From Lama guanicoe (Eukaryota): a stretch of 64,000 nucleotides of DNA. The notes beneath the pieces are model-generated. The model did no database searches and had not been told where the DNA came from. It saw only the letters and a list, made by a program, of their open reading frames with translations. A program made the translations under genes and the position numbers. Positions 24,055 through 36,049 of this stretch are shown here, one piece after another. The stretch lies in assembly GCA_013239625.1 (NCBI GenBank), contig MU054001.1, positions 2,238,151 to 2,302,150 of the forward strand. Reading direction: 5' to 3'. Each line of letters opens with the position of its first letter. Within the stretch, counting starts at the first letter, position 1.

Positions 24055-27000
24055 ATTTTTCTTCCTGAGTTACTTTATGGAGGTCTGATTGACATTTAAA
24101 AATCCGTACATAGTTAATGTATACAACTTGAGTTTGGGCATAAGTATACACCCATGAAAACATCACTACCATCAATATCACAAACGTATCCATCACCTCC
24201 CAAAGTTTCCTCTCAACTTTATTAGTATTGTTATTGGTAAATACATAACATAAGATCTACCCTCTTAGCAATTATCAAGTGTATAACATAATATTGTTAA
24301 CTATGGCACTATGCCGTATAGTAGATATCCAGAGCTTATTTATCTTGCATTATTGAAACTTTGTGCCCTTTAGCCATCACCTCTCTTATTTCTCTCTCCT
24401 CCCTGTCTCTGGTAACCACTGTTCTACTCTCTGCTTCTATGAGTTCAACTTTTTTAGATTCCACATATAGGTGATATCATACAATATTTATCTTTCTGTG
24501 TTTGGCTTATTTCATTTAGCATCATGTTCTCCATGATGTTGTAAATGATGGGATTTCCTTTTTTTTAAGGCTGAATGATACTCTGTTGTCTGTGTATACA
24601 TTTTCCTTATCCGTTCATCTATCAATGAACATTTCGGCTGTTTTCAGCTCTTTTTTCCTTCCCAGGTTTATTGAGGAATAATTGATATACATCACTCTGT
24701 AAGTTTAAGGCATACAGCATGATGGTCTGATTTACATATATTGTGTAAGGATTATTGTAATAAACTCAGCTGACATCCATCATCTTATAGAGACACAATA
24801 TAAATAAAAGAAAGAAGAAAAGAGAAAAAATAATTTCTTTTAAAATTGTGATGACAACTCTTAGAATTTACTTTCTTAACAGCCTTCCTGTATATCATAT
24901 AGCAGTGTTTATAGTCACCATGTTGTGCATTTATATCCTTAGTACTTATTAATCTTATGATAGGAAATTTGTACCTTTTGACCGCATTCCTCCAATTCTT
25001 CCTCCCTCAACCCTTCAAATCTGGTAATCACAAGCTTTATCTTTTTTGGTATGAGGTTTTTAAAAAAACTGTGTGGCTGAGTTCAGTTTGTTGGTATTTT
25101 ATTGAGACTTTCTGCATCTATATTCATCAGGGGCACAGGCTTATAGTTCTCTTTTTTAGTAGTGCCCTTTTCCGGCTTTGGTATGAGGATAATGCTAGCC
25201 TTGTAAAATGAGCTTCAGCGTGTTCCCTTTTTTTCAGATTTTTGGAAGAATTTGAGAAGGATCCATGTTAATTCTTCTTTAAATATTTGGTAAAATTGAC
25301 CAGTGAAGCCGTCTGGTCCTGGACTTTTCATCATTGGGAGATATTTGATACTGACTCAGCCTCCTTACTAGTAATTGGTCTGTTCAGATTTTCTATTTCC
25401 TCCTGATTCAGTCTTGGTAACCTGTATGTTTCTAAGAATTTTTCCATTTATTCTAGGTTGTTCAGTTTGTTGGTGCATAGTTGTTCATAATGGCCTCATG
25501 ATCCTCTGTATTTCTGTGGCAGTGGTTGTAAAGTCTCCTTTTTACATTTATAATTTTGTTAATCTGAGTCCTCTCTTTTTTTTTTTCATCTTGGTTAGTC
25601 TTACTAATGGTTTGTCAATTTTAGAAAATCTTTGAAGAACTAACTCTTAGTTCTGTTAATCTTTTCTATTGTTTTTCTGTTCTGTATTTCATTTATTTCT
25701 GCTCTAATTTTTATTATTTCCTTTCTTCTGCCAAATTTGGGCTTGGTTTGTTCTGCTTTTTCTAGTTCCTTAAGGCATAGAGTTTGGTTGTATATTTGGG
25801 ATCTTTCTTGCTTCTTGATGTAGGCATTTGTTGCTATGAATTTCACTCTTGCTTTTGCTACATTCTGTAAGTCCTGGTATGTTGTGTTTCCATTTCCATT
25901 TGTCTCAAGAAAATTTAAAATTTCCTCTTTAATCTCTTCTTTGATCCATTGGCAATTCAGGAGAGTGTTGTTTAATTTCCATGGGTTCATACATGTTTCA
26001 GTTTTCCTCTTGCTATTGATTCCTAGTTTCATTCCATTGTGGTCAGAGAAGATACCTGGTGTGATTTCAGTCTCCTTGAATTTGCTAAAAACTTGTTTTG
26101 TGGCCTAACATACAGTCTATCTTAGAAGATGTTCCATGTGCACTTGAGAAGAATGAGTATTCTGCTGTTGTTGGATAGGGTGCCCTGTATATGTCTGTTA
26201 GTCCGCTTGGTCTATAGTAATGTTCAAATCCACTATTTCCTCATTGATTCTCTGTCTGGATGATCTATTCATTGTTGAGAGTGGGGTATTAGAATCTCCA
26301 ACTATATTGTCTGATATAAGTCTAGCTATCTCTGCTTTTTTGGTTGCCATTTGTTTGAAATAACTTTTCCATCCCTTTACTCTCAATCTATGTGTATCTT
26401 TAAGGCAACGTGTCATTGGATTTTTTTTAGCCATTCTATGGCTGTTGATTGGAGAAATTAATCCATAATCTATTTACATTCGAAGAAACTATTGATAGAT
26501 AAAGACTCATCATTGTCATTATTGCCATTTTGTTAATTATTTTCTGGCTGTTTTGTAGATCCACTGTTCCTTATTTTTTATCCTGTTGTCTTTTGTGTGG
26601 TGTGTTGATGTCTTTTGGTATCAGTATGCTTTGACTTCTTTATCCTGTTCTTCTGCTTAATTGCTACAGGTTTTTTCCCTTATGGTTACCATGAGACTTA
26701 CTAAAATATCTTAAAATTATAACCTATTTTAAGCGGATAGCAACTTAATTTCAATAGGATTTTGAAACTACACTTTTATTTCTCCTCCCCTTTACATTTT
26801 TAGGTTATTGCTATTATAATTTACATATTTTTATATTGTGTAACTAATAGCAGATTATTGTAGTTACAGCTATTTTACTATGTTCAATTTTAAACTTTTA
26901 AACTCAAGTTGTAAGTAATTTTTACAGCATCATTACCAAATTACAGACTCTAAATTTGACTATGTATTTACCATTACCAATGACTTTTATTCTACCATTT

Positions 27001-28143
27001 TTTGCTTATATGATGTTAATTAGTTTCCTTTTAACTGTACTCAAAGAACTCCCTTTAGTATTTCTTGTAAGACAGGTCTAGTGACAATGAACTCTTCAGC
27101 TTTTGTTGTTTTGAATTCTTTGTCAGGTAATTTATAGATCTCCTCTTTGGGACTAGCCACTGGAGCTTCATTTTTGTTTTGTTTTGTTTTGTTTTTGTGG
27201 TGTCATATTTCCTTGATTCTCTACCTCCTTGAAGTCTGGCACTGCTGTCTTTACATTTGAAGAAACAGTCACCTTTTCTAAATCTTCACTGTCTTCAGGA
27301 CAGAAAGACCTTTACCCATCAGCCAGCTGGAGATTCTTGGGGTTCCTCGGGCTTTTTATGGGTATGCCTACTCCACTCAACTTGTTTTTTCTTGAGGAGG
27401 GAGGAGAGTCTTAGGATTGTGTGCATTCTCTCAATCCTTCACATCCAGGCCCAGTGCTGAAAGCATCTCGTTTATTTTCCCTAGGGTAGTTTCCTGAAGT
27501 CTTCAAGGTTATACACCATCTCCCAATCCACTGGAGACAAACTGGCTGCTGATACCTATATGTCATCTAGAGTAGTTTGCATACATGCATTCTTCAGGGG
27601 AGCATGGGGCACTGGCCACAGGGTGGGTGGGGTGGAGACTGCTGGGAGCATGCATTAGCTGGCTGTGGGAGTTCTCTAGCTGGTTAGTAGGGCCTGTGGT
27701 CAGTTGTTGAGATCCACCTGCTGGTCACTGTGAACCCTCACCTCTTTTCTCTGCTCCTACTTGTCCCAAGACTATTGAGCCATGCCAATCCCCTTAATGT
27801 TCTGGATAGGGCAAGAGAAAAATGTTCTGCAATGGTGGGGAAGCCAGTTGCTCAACTCACTCTCACTTTCTTTCCCTGGTGGAGAAATTGTGGGCCAGGA
27901 GGGTCTTTTGGGCCCTGAGATGTGCCTCCTTGTGGGGGGCAGAGGGGGGTGGGTGTGACAAGGGTAACCTCAGCAATGCATCTATTCTTGGATTTTTTGC
28001 TCCACTGAGGTGTTGGAACCTCTTAGCTATACCCCCAGACTCTAATAAAGGTATCTTTCTCCACAGATAATTGTAAAAATCATGATTTCTGTTGGGGTAT
28101 GAAGGCTAGAATATCCTATTTGGCCATCTGGCTGATATCCAGT
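24055..28143 (-). mobile_element. LINE-1 with both ends retained but large internal deletions (5' UTR, ORF1 remnant, part of ORF2, 3' UTR)
   Basis: 16-bp TSD ggttgttcccaattgg (24039-24054) / ggttgttcctaattgg (28144-28159). ORF2 peptides WKLNNTLLN..WIKEEIKEEI..FLETNGNGNTTYQ..KEIIKIRAEINEI (25640-26032) and LRVKGWK..IVGDSNTPLS (26198-26434). L1M-type 5' start at 28100-28143. Confidence 0.9.
24652..25065 (-). mobile_element. Second LINE-1 3' UTR nested in the larger L1 (same family as 51201-52326)
   Basis: T-tail then tttattgaggaataattgatatacatcac...aagtttaaggcatacagcatgatg...aactcttagaatttact. Confidence 0.8.
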
Positions 28144-29604
28144 GGTTGTTCCTAATTGGGAGGCTCACTTTAAAGGAGTGATTCAGGGATCTATGTTCTG
28201 TCCCTCTTGTAGCTCTGCATCTATAATACATGGCTCTCAAACTCACTCTGTAGATGTTCTATTTCAGGGGAAAATAGTATGGAAGATTGCCCCTACTCCT
28301 TTTTAAAGGGCCAAATCTGGGAGTGGTGGACATCATTTCTGCTCTGAGTCCATTGGCTTGAAGTCAGTCATATAGTCCCACTGAATTTCTAAGGAGGTCG
28401 GAAAATATAAATCCTGCCAGGATAATTGCTTCTCAGCAGTGTTCTGCACCATCGAGGAAAACATAAACCCTTGAAGGAAGAGAGAAGGCTATGCCATAGC
28501 AGATGAAATGAGGGATGGAAGGACAGACTCCTCCAATAGATAAAGGTCCATTATTGAGTTGGAGCAGGTGTTGGATTTCTCTAATTTGAGCACAAGTGAT
28601 TGCAGAAATGAGACGTATTGTAGTTTTACCACTATACCTTCCCCCCCATAACTGGTTTCTGATCTAAAAGTTTCCAGTAAGACTGGAAAGGTGTTGTTAT
28701 CTCAATTTTGCACTGGGAAATTTGAGAATTAAGAAAAACAAGAGCTTTCATTTACCTTTTTTTGACTCCTTGGAAAATGCCCCTTTTACTACACAACCCT
28801 GCATCCATAGTATTTTCACATCTTGAAAATTGTTGTTTCCTTGAGCAAAACAGGAAGTTCCATACTAACATTGGAACCAAAACTAAGCCCTATTCCCTAC
28901 TCTAATGGAAAAGATTACTGTGTACTGGCCATATCTCAAAGTAAAACAAACTGTCCATCGTTTTCCTCTCCACTTAACCCCACCTCCCCCATTTAACCCA
29001 ACTCCCCAGTTCGGTTGTCTAGTTGGGCTTGTTTCACAAGTTTATTTTTTCTCAGAGATGAAAGTTTCTTACAACAACCCGGAGCGTTTTAAAACAAAGA
29101 TCTTAGTTGTTATGCAAACACAGTCTCATTTCCACAAAAGAGCATTTCATGAAAAGAAAAATAAATGCACATTTCAAAATGTCAGTTAAAGAAATGGGGG
29201 AAAAATGAAAAAGAATGTAAACCTGCCAGTGAAAAGATGCAGCATAATACCAAGTTGCCTAAAGAGTTTTCCAGCGTCATTGAGGTAAGTGAAAGTGACT
29301 GGCTTATGGACAGGAACATTTTGATAATTTAAAAAGTGCATGTGTATAATATAGTAATATAATATAATATAATATTCATACATATAATTTAAACCAATGC
29401 AGTATACTGGTTAGAATGGTAGGCTGGGAACAGTAAGCACAGATTTACTACCTGAATTTCTTGCTTCTGTATCATCTATATTTAGCATTACATTCACATT
29501 AAATACACTATTAAGCAAAGTAATAAGCTAAAGATGTAATTCTGATCAATGCTGTGTCACTTCACAGTGAGGTGGAGAAGGTCATTCATCCCATGTCTAC
29601 AGTG

Positions 29605-30465
29605 TACCAGAGTGGGTTGTACACTGGGTTTAAGGTCAGAAGGGTTGGGTTCAAGTCCGAGCTTCTTTTGTGACTGGGCACTCATCTTCATTTCTGCTCT
29701 TGAACTTCTCTAGCGAATTTTTTAGGTTAGTTATTGTGTTCTTCAGCTCCCTAATTTCAGTCTGGTACTGTCTGATACTTGCTATTTCTTTGCTGTAATT
29801 CTCATTTTGCTCAGGGACTGTTTCTGGTGAGCATCTTTCTGATGGTTATTTTAAATTCTCTTTCAGATAAATCATATAACTCCATTTCATGAGAGGAATT
29901 TCTGGGGATTTATCTTGTTCCTTTGTTTGGAACATATTTCACTGTCTCTTCACTTTCCTTGAGTCTCTGAGTTGGTTTCTGTGCATTAGACAAAGCTGCT
30001 GCCCTGACCCAGTCTTCATGGACTGGCCTCATACGGGGGGAGACCCAGAGATTCTGGGGTCTTCTATCCTTTGTGCAACTCTAATCTGCTTCTTTGTTCT
30101 TAGCTGCCCCCACACATTTGGAGAATACTAGGTCCTGTCAGCTCTCTGAGACAAGTGAGACTGTAGCCAGTTCCTCAGGCAGCCCCCAGAAATGTTGGAT
30201 CATTAGATTCTCTTTTCAACTCTTTCCCTCCCCAAGGAGAAGCTGGGATCTGGAGGTACTCACCTATTTGCAGAACCATGCTGACTTAAGGGAGAAGGGG
30301 TGGTGACTCGTGTGCTGGGACCATCTATGTTAATTGCTGTTGACTTGGTGCATTTGTAGGGGGAAGTAAGGGTCAGGACTTCTTGGTCTAACATCTTCCC
30401 TTCTTCCATAAAATAAAGGGGTTGAAGGAGATGATTTTGGTAGCCCTTGCCAGTTATAAACTATG
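29605..30465 (+). mobile_element. MIR/MIR3 split by an L1 5' fragment (pieces ~29605-29682 and ~30400-30465)
   Basis: gtcagaagggttgggttcaagtcc...tgtgactgggca; resumes taaaataaaggggttgaaggagatgat...cccttgccag. Confidence 0.5.
29683..30400 (-). mobile_element. LINE-1 5' UTR and ORF1-start fragment (L1M-type), with no 3' end
   Basis: ttcagctccctaatttcagtctgg...ttattttaaattctctttcag...ttgttcctttgtttggaac; similar to 27100-27260 of the larger L1. Confidence 0.65.
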
Positions 30466-30909
30466 AAAAAGCAAGTATATTGTCCTTCTTCCAAATCATA
30501 ATTTTCCACATAGACCTAATTACATCTCTCCTCATTTCCCCTTGCCGTGAGTTTTCCTATTAACTCAGTAATATCAGGTAGACCATCATTGACATTAGTG
30601 TGCCTCATTAGGTTTGCTTGGCCCTACCTGCCCATCTGATCCAAGAACCCCATCATCGGATGGGGTCTCCAACATTACCTGTTATGATTTCTCACTCTGC
30701 AAAAGAGGGGACAGACAGGAAGCATCTGCTCAGATCTGCAGAACTTCAGCCTGTGACAGGGTCTCCCGCATCGCTTACCTCAGCCTGTCACTGTAGAAAA
30801 GAGGAAAGATGGAGATGTCTCAGCCACCACCACCATCCCTTATCTCTTAACACTATTGGTCACCTCATCCTCCGCTAGGAATGAAGCTGCTTTTCAGCAT
30901 GGCCTCCAT

Positions 30910-31333
30910 CACGTCACTCTAGTAGCTCCAGTGCCCAGGTCTGACCAGATCGGACTCAGAGCCAAAGATGCAGCCCAAGCAAGAAGTGCTGAGTAAATGC
31001 TTTGTGAAGCAAACTCCATCCAATGAGAGGGGAAAAAAAAGCAACAGATCTGCAGATAAATTCCTCTCCCTTCCTTCTTTCAAAAGACGGTTCTGAGTGG
31101 AATTGCTTCTGCAGTTTTTGCAGGGATGTCTGACGTGACCAAGCAGTTGTAGCAGCTGTGTTTCTTGCAAGGCTGTGGCCAGCTCGGTGGTGCTCCAAGT
31201 TGCATTTATTTTGCCTTCATCGCTGCCTCAAGTCTTTTTCCCTCACCCTGGATGCCCTGGTGTTGTACATTCTAATAAAGCCGTAGCAGGCAAACTTTGC
31301 CTCTGGCTGTTCTCTAAGGAACTGTGCTAAGAT
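30910..31333 (+). mobile_element. ERVL-class LTR (LTR40/41/50 group)
   Basis: 3' end ctaataaagccgtagcaggcaaactttgcctctggctgttctctaaggaactgtgctaaga. Confidence 0.55.
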
Positions 31334-32197
31334 GATATCTTTCGCCAGCATTTCCCCCAGTTCTAGACTCACAACTTGCATTTGGGAGATTACTTTAGGT
31401 GCCCCACACAGATACAAGGTTGAGACTATGGTGGGAAAGTTGCTTCTGTATTTGCTTTTGATCCTTTTAATTACCCCATGGATAAAATTTTTATTTGGAG
31501 TGACTTTGTCTTAAATAACTCTCCACAATTCAATACGTTCCCTCTCAACAGAGACCAGATTGAAGGCACAAAATCTTTAGCAGAAATCCTGAGTGCTAAT
31601 CGTTTAATCACATTTTTTTCATATTCACTGTATTAATTCTGTGTTTATTTTCTCTTTATGGTAGTGATATTCATTTTCCAGTTACACTAGTGGTGTATAT
31701 TTCCCTTTTAAATAAAATGAGCAAAAAAAATCAATTAAAAACAAAAAAGCAAATGAAATGGGGGAGTGATCAGAGACAGTGGAGAAGCACTCATGTTGGA
31801 CATAGCACAGGGATTTGGTCCAAACCACGAAGGTGGAACATAATCAGCTAAAATTTGGGAAACTGCCTTATAGCAAAGGCTTTTGCTTGGTACCGTGGGG
31901 GCAACAAAATCCTGTCTCCACCTCAGTTTCAATATTCTCTTTGTTCCTTGCTGACCTTTCCCTGAGATCCTCCTGTGCTCTGTAGCCCCCTTCTTCCCCA
32001 GGGTATGTAGGTCTCCCAGTCTTCAAGCAGATTTTGGCAACTGTTTTACCCAGGGCAGCAATAAAATTCCTACTCCTTGCTGTCTGTAACTAAAGGCACT
32101 GAAATAACTAACATGAATGCCAAAGAACGAAGAACCACCCACCCCCAGATTGACCCTTGAGACCCATCCTTTCATCCCCCCAACCACCATGATTTCT

Positions 32198-32571
32198 CTG
32201 TTGTTGTTGTTGAAGTCTAGTCAGATTACAATGTTGTATCAGTTTCTGGCGTACAGCATCATGCTTCAGTCATACATGAACAGGCATCTATTCGTTTTCA
32301 TATTCTTTTTAGTTACAGGTTACCACAAGATATTGAATAGAGTTCCCTTCTACGGAAGAAACTTGTTGCTTATCTATTTTATATCTAGTAGTTAGTATCT
32401 GCAAATCTCGAATTCCTAACTTATCCCTTCCCACCCCCTTTGCCCACTGGTAACCGCAAGTTTGTTTTCTATGTCTGTGAGCCTGTTTCTGTTTTGTAAA
32501 TAAGTTCATTTGTGTCTTTTTGTTTGTTTGTCCTTTAAAGAGAAATTAATTAATTAATTAATGACATATCT
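32198..32571 (-). mobile_element. 5'-truncated young LINE-1 3' UTR
   Basis: ttgaagtctagtcagattacaatgttgtatcagtttctggcgtacagc...; TSD accatgatttct (32186-32197 / 32572-32583). Confidence 0.9.
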
Positions 32572-33689
32572 ACCATGATTTCTTTAAACCTGGTCTGGTT
32601 GCTGGTGTGGCCCCAGCCTGATCATCTCTTGGCTCAGACTGCAAGAGCTTCTGCATCCCACTCATCATCCTCTTTGCAGTTTAATACATCCAGTGTTGGC
32701 ACCAGGGGAGGCCATTATACTCCCATAGTCTCCATTGGCCCCACTCTTTGAAATGGTACTTGATGGCATCTTAGTCTTCTATAAATACTTCCAGAAGAGC
32801 ACCTTCATAATCTCATTCCTGCCAGGTTGCTTCTTCTAGTCCCCTCCTATCTAGAAATTCTGCCACTTCCACCGACTCCTTCCCTTTTCTTATCCTAGCT
32901 TAGTTGCTGTAGCCCACCCTCCCTGCCCTCCATCTCTTAAGTTTGTTTCTCTTCCCTCCCTTTGCCTTTCCAGGCTTCTATCACAGGTTTTCTTCTCTTC
33001 TGTTCTCTGAGGCTTCTTTCAGGCTCACTCACCGTACTGAACACACAATGTTTAAATGTCACCCTTCTTCCATAATTCATGGAGAGAGACTTCTCAAGGT
33101 TTAGGAAATGCCATTGGAGAGACACCAGGTCCCCTCCCTGGAACCCATCACCCTCTTCTCCTGGCACCCACACTGGGAACTCGATACAGCATTCTTCTTT
33201 GCAATTTGGTGTTCATTTCTGGGACAGAGGACCCAGGAGGACAGGGCCTTTACCCTCAAGCAATTCTTCCCGTGCCAGAACCGGGAGAGGACTGTGGTAA
33301 GGAGGGCTGTGCACTCTTGTTTTCTGCTCCTGTGCTCTCAGGACTGAAACTCGCCAGCCCTGAGGTCCAGCCAGGACTCAGCACAGGAGTTGATGTGATC
33401 TTCAGGACAGGAGGAATGCCCAGCTAGGACCAGAGGCCTCATTCATTAGGAGGAGGTTCCCAGGAGAGTCCTAAGGACACAGGACACCCATCCCATGCCT
33501 CCACTCCTAACCTCCATTTTTGAAAAATTAGCCAAGGGAGAAAAGAAGAGAAAGGAAAGGAAAAGAAAGAAAAAGAGGGAATTCAGGAGAAAGGGTGAGA
33601 AGGGAATAGAGGACAAGAAAAGTAAAGGATGCTTCAGCTTTGTGTGACATGTAAGGATTAGGTCTAACTTGCAACGTAATAAGGCTCTG

Positions 33690-33957
33690 TCTCTATCACC
33701 ACTGCCTCCAGGGATTGAGGGAAATTCTACTTTAAACTCGAGGGCAAATGACCTTGGTGGAAATTTGCTGAGGCCTCTTTGGAAGCTGGAACGCAACTTT
33801 GAACCCCAGGTTTAGAAAGAGTCAAGACTTCTTGCTCCAGGATGAGCTCCTCAAGCAGCTGAAGGCAAGATGAGAGTTCTGATCTCCGGAACTGTAAGAG
33901 AGTGTGTTGCTTTAAGCTGCTGTGTAATTTGTTACAGCAGCAAGAGGAAACTAATAT
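33690..33957 (+). mobile_element. MaLR LTR 3' part (MLT1)
   Basis: ttctgatctccggaactgtaagaga...tttaagctgctgtgtaatttgttacagcagcaagaggaaactaata. Confidence 0.75.
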
Positions 33958-35259
33958 GTAGGTGTTGTGTGTAAAGTCCCTGGCATATATTAGGCACTTT
34001 AATAGTTGATAGCAGAGAATAAATGAGTGGATGAATATTAGTGTTTCCCACCAGACGATCAGCAAAGTGAGGGCAGTGTTTCTTCTCTTACATTCCACCC
34101 AGCTCCTAGCAGTGTGCTGGCCACACATCAATGCTCAGAAAGGCTTCTAGACTCAGCCTGAGTTTAACCTGTGGGGGTTGATGGATGCCAAAGAGACTCA
34201 GCATGGAAGAGGATATCTAGGGGCTTACAAAAGGCAAATTGACTTCTTTCTGAAGTGTGGGAGTGGTGAGTTCAGGCCACCCCCAAATGTGCATAATACA
34301 GAAGTCAGGTGTTAACGCCACCGTGCTGGGAGGCTCTAGGGGAAGATGCTGAGGACAATGGGAGAGAGGATCCTTAACTCATCTCCAAGACACGTAAGAG
34401 CTGTTACTCTGGGCGAGAGATGCTATTCATCGGGGGAAAATGTTCATTATGAGCAAGCCCGTTTCTATTTACCAACACTGTTTGCTGAGGCATCAGGCTG
34501 AATTCACCCAGGGTATTCAAAGAGCCAGGTCCGGTGCAGGCTAAGAGAGGGAAGGCTGTCGCAGAGCCGGGTTTTGCAAATTTTCTTGATGCATTTGGGC
34601 CCTCCTGGAAGTCCAGGTTCCGAAGAGGAAATCTTGGTTATTCGGATCCTACTGACCGATTGATCGGTATGATGCTGTTGCAAATCACTGAATGTCTTCC
34701 TTCATTTAGAAGAAAGGAAAAAATTCAGTTTCAGTTCTGAATGCACAGGGTGAGAAACCTAGAGGTCACTTTCTCTTTCTTTCCAGCTCTCTCTCACTCT
34801 CTTAAATAAGGAGAAAGGCTATATTTTTCCATGGATTAAGTCCAACACAGAGAAAACTGTCACTGTGAAAACAATAGAATTTATCTCCACTGATATAGCT
34901 TGACACTGGGACAAGTGCTTGAATTGTTGCCATAGCAATAAATGTGTCGGACTTATGCATGCGTTTTCTGCTATAGGATTTTGATTAATGGCATTGACTA
35001 AATGGTGTGAAGGGGGAGAGACCATGCACAAGGCCTAAGGAGAGAGAGCCAGACTGCAGAGGGTTTGCCACAGCCCACTACAGAGGGGTGGCGAGTGGGG
35101 CTGACCAGAAACCAGTTAAACAAATGGGAGGCAGAATCTCTTCTTCAGAGCAACAGCATCTGCCTGGCAGCAGTGCCTTGTGGCAGGGGTCTGGGAAGTG
35201 GAGGGGAAGGTGCATGACACTGAGGCCAGAGCTCTATCAGGACCAAAAAGCTGATGAAA

Positions 35260-35500
35260 TCTCACTTCTGTTGAGGGCTTCCTACGTGCCTGTGTGCTTA
35301 GGACTTTATGTGTCTCAATTTATTAATTCCTTACATGAACTCTGTGAGGCACCTATTATTATGATTTTTTTTCTGATGAAGAAACTGAAGCACAGAGAAG
35401 CTAATAAACTTGCAAAAGTCACACAGCTAGTGAGTGGCAGAATCAAGATTCAAACCCCCAGGCTGTCTGGCTTTGGAAGCTGAGTTTAACTACTGCACTG
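35260..35500 (-). mobile_element. MIR SINE
   Basis: gatgaagaaactgaagcacagagaagctaataaacttgcaaaagtcacacagctagtgagtggcagaatcaagattcaaaccc. Confidence 0.85.
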
Positions 35501-35563
35501 CGTTTCACTCCAGAAACAGATACTGCCCACCTGATTTTACCTATCCGTGCTGGCAATGTGCTT

Positions 35564-35619
35564 AGAAGAGGGGAGAGGGAGGGAGGGAGGGAGGGGAGAG
35601 AGAGAGAGAGAAAGAGAAA
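35564..35619. repeat. Polypurine tract (GGGA)n(GA)n
   Basis: Read directly. Confidence 0.9.
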
Positions 35620-35799
35620 TGATGTCTCAGTGAAAGACATCCCCAACTCTGGAAAATCAAGGCAAAATCCTCAGATCTCTCTGTGAAAAGGGGATATATG
35701 TTAACTCATTGCTAACATTGTAGGCACCACTAAGTGCTTGGGGCCTTTGGTCTGCTATCCATCCGTGTGTACTGAGCATTTCACAACTACCAAGGGGCC

Positions 35800-36010
35800 A
35801 GGTGAGGCCTGGAAGCCAGAAAGCCTTGACCCCTGACTCCCTGCTCTCACTGTGACCTTGGACTATTTGCTGGACCTCTCAGGCCTCCACGTCCTCATCT
35901 GTGAAATGGGAACAACACAAGCATCACCTCGCCTGTGGTCATGAAGATTAAATGAGATGGTGCTTTGCAAACACTGAACACAGTAATTGGCACACTCACT
36001 CAAGTAACTT
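35800..36010 (+). mobile_element. MIR SINE
   Basis: ctgtgaccttggac...cctcatctgtgaaatggg...gaagattaaatgagat. Confidence 0.75.
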
Positions 36011-36049
36011 CTCAAATTAAGCTAATTTTTCAAAAGACTCATTTTTACT

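Larger units (their letters stand above)
23935..28500 (-). mobile_element. MaLR LTR (MLT1) split by the L1 at 24055-28143 (pieces ~23935-24054 and 28144-~28500)
   Basis: cagctgttacaac...tggcttcacacaataaaagcttatttctc; resumes gtgattcagggatc...ccattggcttgaagtcagtcatatag. Confidence 0.65.

Noticed and set aside
25640..26434. 130-aa and 78-aa minus-strand ORFs as genes
   Set aside because: They are decayed L1 ORF2 endonuclease and linker segments with deletions and frameshifts.
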